DNA from: Promethearchaeota archaeon
GTDB taxonomy: Archaea > Asgardarchaeota > Lokiarchaeia > Sigyniarchaeales > SOKP01
Assembly (NCBI GenBank): GCA_048940645.1
Contig: JBHLOI010000087.1
Span: 1 to 11,321 of the forward strand
Length of the DNA: 11,321 nt
Reading direction: 5' to 3'
Under the pieces are notes generated by a model. The model made no database searches. It saw only the letters and a program-made list of their open reading frames with translations, and was not told where the DNA came from. How positions within the stretch are numbered: position 1 is the stretch's first letter; each line of letters opens with the position of its first letter. Made by a program: the position numbers and the translations under genes. Shown one piece after another: positions 7,351 through 11,321 of the stretch.

Positions 7351-8340
7351 ATGGTAGATTATACATTTCTCAAAGTTCTTATTTTCTGTGACAGTGTGGT
7401 AGGAAAACAAACTTTTATTAAGAAGTATTGTTCCAGCAGTTTTGGTCATAATTATAAATCAACCATAGGAGTGGATTTATTTACAACAAAGATTAAATTA
7501 AGGCAGGGAGATACCGCCAGTTTAACCTTTTGGGACATTGCAGAACAATCTTATTTTAACAGATTAATGACTCGTTATTATGAAGATGCGAATGCTGGAA
7601 TAATAATATACGATTTGACGGACGGAAATAGCTTAAATAAAATACCCGAGTGGATTCAAAAAATTAGAAAATATTCTGGTGATATTCCCCTATTATTGGT
7701 AGGAAACAAGTCAGATTTAAAAGAACTTCGAGAAGGGTCAAAAGAAAAATTAGAAAAGCTTAAAAAAAGATATGATTTGTCCTCATCTATAGAGATTTCA
7801 TTAACAACAGGTGAAAATGTGGAACAAATGTTTATGAAATTAACAGAGCTGATCTTAAACGAAGAAATTAATAATGAAAATATTAGACTAATTTTTCCTA
7901 ACGAAGAAAGAAGATTTGGGTTTTTTGATCAGAATATTGGAATTAAGCTCCAGAGTCATTCTTGGCATGATCCCTATATTTTTCTTACATTTATTAGAAA
8001 AAAACCGGATAAGTCATGGAAAAAACCCCCAAGTGGCGAGGAAAGGGTTCTCAAATTTTCATTAGAAGAGATGGTAATGATTTTGGATGTATTACGCGGG
8101 GAATCAGATTCTTGGTCTACCGTTCATAAGTTTAAAGGAGAGCGAACCATAATTAAGTTTCAGTGGGATAAGAAGGACGCTAGGAAATTATGGGTTTATA
8201 TTAATAAAGAATATAATAAATCCCCCGATATTGGCAATTACCACATCCCGTACAAATATATTAGCGTTTTTCGAATGCTTTTAGACCATATTTTGCAGCA
8301 AAAAATAGCATATGGGAACAAGCCGAAGATAATGAATTGA
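7351..8340 (+). CDS. Rab-like small GTPase fused to a putative Whirly/PC4-like C-terminal domain
   Basis: KVLIFCDSVVGKQT (G1), STIGVDL, FWDIAEQ (G3), VGNKSDL (G4), EISLTTGENVEQMF, followed by ~140 extra aa with a repeated beta-strand/helix pattern. The GTPase call is firm; the Whirly call is tentative. Confidence 0.85.
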   Translation: MVDYTFLKVLIFCDSVVGKQTFIKKYCSSSFGHNYKSTIGVDLFTTKIKLRQGDTASLTFWDIAEQSYFNRLMTRYYEDANAGIIIYDLTDGNSLNKIPEWIQKIRKYSGDIPLLLVGNKSDLKELREGSKEKLEKLKKRYDLSSSIEISLTTGENVEQMFMKLTELILNEEINNENIRLIFPNEERRFGFFDQNIGIKLQSHSWHDPYIFLTFIRKKPDKSWKKPPSGEERVLKFSLEEMVMILDVLRGESDSWSTVHKFKGERTIIKFQWDKKDARKLWVYINKEYNKSPDIGNYHIPYKYISVFRMLLDHILQQKIAYGNKPKIMN

Positions 8341-8501
8341 AAGAAAATGAAGCTTTCTTTAAAAAAACATTTTAGAATTTAATTAGACATTATTTTAGGA
8401 CTTAAAATATTGAAAAACCTTTTGAGATATTAGCTGATACTTTTTTGAAAAGACTCGGAATGAACTAGGTATGAACTTGAAAATAAATTAAAATTAATCA
8501 A

Positions 8502-8526
8502 AATGACAAAAATGTGAGATTTATAT
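8502..8526 (+). promoter_or_regulatory. conserved 25-bp upstream element, copy 3
   Basis: Identical to copies 1 and 2. Confidence 0.8.
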
Positions 8527-8655
8527 GCTTAAATGTTTTTGTTAATAATTGGGAGCGCAAAAATATCAATTGAAAAGATGTTAATAGATGGTTTATTTAA
8601 GACAGAAACGTATTAAAATTGGAACAGTAATAGTTTTAATAACCTTCTTCTAATT

Positions 8656-8706
8656 AATGGCGAAAATATAGGTCATATTTTTCATAAAATCGCAGAATTA
8701 ATTTAG
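8656..8706 (+). pseudogene. possible relic of a small-GTPase C-terminal helix
   Basis: NGENIGHIFHKIAELI* aligns with TGENVEQMFMKLTELI (7351 ORF) and TGENVEEVFEELIRLM (5289 ORF). The match is short. Confidence 0.45.
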
Positions 8707-8763
8707 AAAACAAAATAAAATCTCAATGGTTCTTAATAAAGATAACGAGCTATTGAATTTAAG

Positions 8764-10461
8764 ATGAATTCGGAAATGAAAGAAGCAAAGTTAAGAATTG
8801 GAGTGTTGGATTCAAGTCGAAGTGGTCGTTCATTATGTTATATAGACCATAATGTTATGAAGAAATTAGGTCTAATCACAGGTAATATTATTGAAATGAG
8901 AGGGAAGAAAAAGACCGCAGGTATTGCGGTTTCCAGCATCAGTGATAAAGGAAAGGGGATAATAAGATTAGACCAGGTCCAAATGTTAAATGCTGGGGCA
9001 GATTTTGGTCATTATATTACTATTAAGCCGGCACGAGTATATCCCGCTCAGGAAATTGTTTTAACTCGTACAAAAGCTAATCTTGATATTATGAGAAACG
9101 TATTTGCTATTAAAGCAAAATTGATTGGTAAACCTCTCGTTGTTGGTGATTTCTTGGGAGCTGTCATTGTTGAAAATACAAATCCATCTGACAAAATAGT
9201 GAAAGTTACAATTGACACATTAATTAAATTAAGTAAAAAAGTCGCGCCGAAAAAGAATTTTGTTAATCCAAATTGGATAAAGCTTATAGCTGCGAAAGAG
9301 AATGTCTTTAATCCGAATTGGATAAAATTTATGGCTGCGAAAAAGAAACACGTTCATCCAGATTGGATAAAAGCCAAGATAAATGAATATAAAAAATATA
9401 AATCTCCTCCTAGGCTGGAAAAAAAAATTAATCAATATATAACCCTTAAACTGGAACATGGAAGAACTTATATTTATGTAAATGGTATAAGATTTTTGCA
9501 ATGTATCAGATTAGTGCTTGATATTCAGAAGAAGGATGTTCGACTATATGATGAAATTGAGTCGATAGATGAAGCCGCAGATTTGTATAACAAACACTTA
9601 TATCAAAATAGAATAGTAACAGGTCCTATGGCACGTCCTGTACTAGATCAGACTCATGATATTACGCCTGAGGAGGAATTTTGGGGGCATTGTTCAAATA
9701 TTCAAGCATGGGTGGAACATGGCTATGATACCAGGATTTTGAAAAGTAATGTCTCATTTCCATTATTAAGGCAATTAACCCAAGCTGGAGATCCTTTAGC
9801 AGGAAAGATTTTTAGGGAAGAAATTGCTTTAAGGCTCGAAAGTGGTTATCCATCGGTAGTTCAGTATCTCCTTAATCAAGGATATGTAAAGTATCTAACT
9901 CCTTTTGAATTTAAAACTATATTAGAGACTACTCCGCTTATCGAAAATATCTCAAGGGAACCCAGAACACTAATTAACTTTTTATCATCCTGCGCTTTAA
10001 AATTTCCCAATTTGTTTAAGGATATTTTACTGAAGATTTTAATGCTGCCTGAGGGAAGAAATAATATAGTCTCGGGCCTTTCGTTAAAATCAAAAAGACC
10101 ATATTTAAGATATAGCAACCGATTTTTAATAACTCTTTATCAGGTATTAGAAGATCTTTTAGGAGGAGTTGAATTCCAATTGAAAAAATATATAATAGAT
10201 TGTATTTCTATCACCGGAAAACTTATTGAAAAAGGGCTTCATTCACCTCCATTGCCAGATATTTATCAAAAATTTCTGATGAATGCACCTTTTAATGATC
10301 TATTACCTGAGGTATTTATGCCTTTAGAAGATAAAATAAAAAATGATAATCAAATTCTTCACAAGTTTTACAATTCACAACCGAAATGTTCATACTGTGG
10401 AAAAATAATTCCAAGGGGATTGGATACCTGCCATTGGTGCGGACATAATGTGTGGACATAA
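8764..10461 (+). CDS. fusion protein: Cdc48/VCP N-domain + NPNWIK repeats + 'FWGHCSNIQAW' domain + helical region + zinc ribbon (no AAA ATPase)
   Basis: LRIGVLDSSRSGRSLCYIDHNVMKKLGLITGNIIEMRGKKKTAGIA...KGIIRLDQVQMLNAGADFGHYITIKPA matches the Cdc48 N double-psi barrel. AQEIVL...LIGKPLVVGD...VENTNP..IVKVT.DT.I is a shortened second N subdomain. C-terminal CSYCG...CHWCG. No Walker A/B motifs. Confidence 0.88.
   Translation: MNSEMKEAKLRIGVLDSSRSGRSLCYIDHNVMKKLGLITGNIIEMRGKKKTAGIAVSSISDKGKGIIRLDQVQMLNAGADFGHYITIKPARVYPAQEIVLTRTKANLDIMRNVFAIKAKLIGKPLVVGDFLGAVIVENTNPSDKIVKVTIDTLIKLSKKVAPKKNFVNPNWIKLIAAKENVFNPNWIKFMAAKKKHVHPDWIKAKINEYKKYKSPPRLEKKINQYITLKLEHGRTYIYVNGIRFLQCIRLVLDIQKKDVRLYDEIESIDEAADLYNKHLYQNRIVTGPMARPVLDQTHDITPEEEFWGHCSNIQAWVEHGYDTRILKSNVSFPLLRQLTQAGDPLAGKIFREEIALRLESGYPSVVQYLLNQGYVKYLTPFEFKTILETTPLIENISREPRTLINFLSSCALKFPNLFKDILLKILMLPEGRNNIVSGLSLKSKRPYLRYSNRFLITLYQVLEDLLGGVEFQLKKYIIDCISITGKLIEKGLHSPPLPDIYQKFLMNAPFNDLLPEVFMPLEDKIKNDNQILHKFYNSQPKCSYCGKIIPRGLDTCHWCGHNVWT
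9244..9378 (+). repeat. three in-frame 45-bp tandem repeats
   Basis: APKKNFVNPNWIKLI / AAKENVFNPNWIKFM / AAKKKHVHPDWIKAK starting at 9244, 9289 and 9334. Confidence 0.9.
9424..9973 (+). repeat. direct repeat copy B (~550 bp) of 6074-6623
   Basis: See copy A. Perfect tracts at 9604-9717 and 9937-9969. Confidence 0.9.
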
Positions 10462-10678
10462 AAAAGATTCAAATCTAATGAGTTAATAATCCTACTTATG
10501 TTCAATTCGAGAGATGACTTTATCTTGAAACTCTTTTCCCAGATCATATTCCTAAATAGTTCCTATTAATGAAACGTTTTTAATTGAAAATTTGTAATTT
10601 TTATAATAGTAAAATTGAAATTTCTGAATTTTCTTTAACTAGATGGAATATTATTAACATTAGCTTGAAGTGATTATC

Positions 10679-10846
10679 ATGATAAAAGCTAAACAACAAA
10701 AAGGCAAAATAGGGGACCAATCTTTTTATTATTATTGTGATAATTTAAAAGAATGTATAAACAGAAACAGTTTCATTAATGAAACGAGAAAAAAATTAAA
10801 AAGAAAAAAATTTGAAAATTTAAAAGTAAAAAATATTGTAGACTGA
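10679..10846 (+). CDS. possible small basic protein (55 aa)
   Basis: MIKAKQQKGKIGDQSFYYYCDNLKECINRNSFINETRKKLKRKKFENLKVKNIVD*. No recognised motif; could be spurious. Confidence 0.25.
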   Translation: MIKAKQQKGKIGDQSFYYYCDNLKECINRNSFINETRKKLKRKKFENLKVKNIVD

Positions 10847-11133
10847 GATTAAAAGTATTTATTTATAGCCTCAATATTAATAATAGAATGAGATAATCAA
10901 GTTCGATAATTATTTCTTCACTAATTAGGAGCATTTTTCTAATTTATACTCTATAATATAATACTATAGAAGAATTTGAATTGAAGAATTTATGATTTTT
11001 AAGATAAGAGACATTAAGAATCAAATACAATCTATAAAATACTCATATAAAAATTCAAAAATTATAAATTAGTAAATTTTTATTATGATTAAAAAGGGGT
11101 AAAGACAAAACCTCTTAGTAATATGATGTCAAA

Positions 11134-11321
11134 ATGACAGTTTATTGTAAAAGATGTGGGAGAGTTTTAACAGCAGCTAGTAGTATTAAATTAGGTTATG
11201 GGCCCACATGTTATAGAATTATAAAATCTCAAGAAAATCCCATTAATATTGAGGAAGAAATTAAATTCTTAAAAATAGAAATAAACATGGTAAAAAGAAT
11301 CATAAGGGAATTAAAAACTAA
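11134..11321 (+). CDS. DUF6011-like zinc-finger protein with coiled coil, truncated by window edge
   Basis: Not in ORF track. MTVYCKRCGRVLTAASSIKLGYGPTCYRII...IEEEIKFLKIEINMVKRIIRELKT. C..CGR.L....S...G.GP.C is the DUF6011 signature. Confidence 0.75.
   Translation, partial: MTVYCKRCGRVLTAASSIKLGYGPTCYRIIKSQENPINIEEEIKFLKIEINMVKRIIRELKT

Noticed and set aside
5163-8526. One simple ~3.35-kb tandem duplication (element offset 3339, domain X offset 3350)
   Set aside because: The sequence between element and domain X is non-homologous (GTPase vs Cdc48N), so the similar offsets are likely coincidental.
6074-9973. Diversity-generating retroelement TR/VR pair
   Set aside because: No reverse transcriptase in the window. 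Mismatches are mostly synonymous and not confined to adenines, both copies are coding, and the core tract is identical.
8764-10461. Annotation as cdc48/VCP AAA ATPase
   Set aside because: Only the N-domain is present; no Walker A/B or second region of homology.
11127-11139. TGTCAAAATGACA as a fifth copy of the upstream element
   Set aside because: Half-sites are in the opposite order, it overlaps the DUF6011-like start codon, and the TGTGAGATTTATAT part is absent.

Overview
Very AT-rich archaeal-type window that most resembles Asgard archaea (Lokiarchaeia/Promethearchaeota). This is inferred from the Rab-like GTPases, Cdc48-N domain, PAS relic and TATA-type promoters; no search was run. The left half (1-5120) is a patchwork of small accessory genes: partial DUF2299-like, AbrB-like, helical-repeat, DUF2695-like, TM plus zinc-ribbon, RHH regulator and a Cys-rich tail-anchored protein. 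It also holds two unannotated pseudogene relics (PAS domain, RNase J/beta-CASP) and a helically phased TTACGTAA array. The right half (5160-10460) is the most interesting part. Four consecutive genes each follow a copy of the same 25-bp operator/TATA-like element. They encode two degenerate Rab-like GTPases (one with a Whirly/PC4-like tail) and two proteins sharing a ~180-aa 'EEEFWGHCSNIQAW' domain. That domain is fused to a helical TPR-like tail in one protein and to a Cdc48 N-domain plus zinc ribbon in the other. Perfect-identity tracts between the two copies suggest gene conversion or domain shuffling. The window ends in a partial DUF6011-like gene. No rRNA, tRNA, CRISPR array, transposase or reverse transcriptase was seen.
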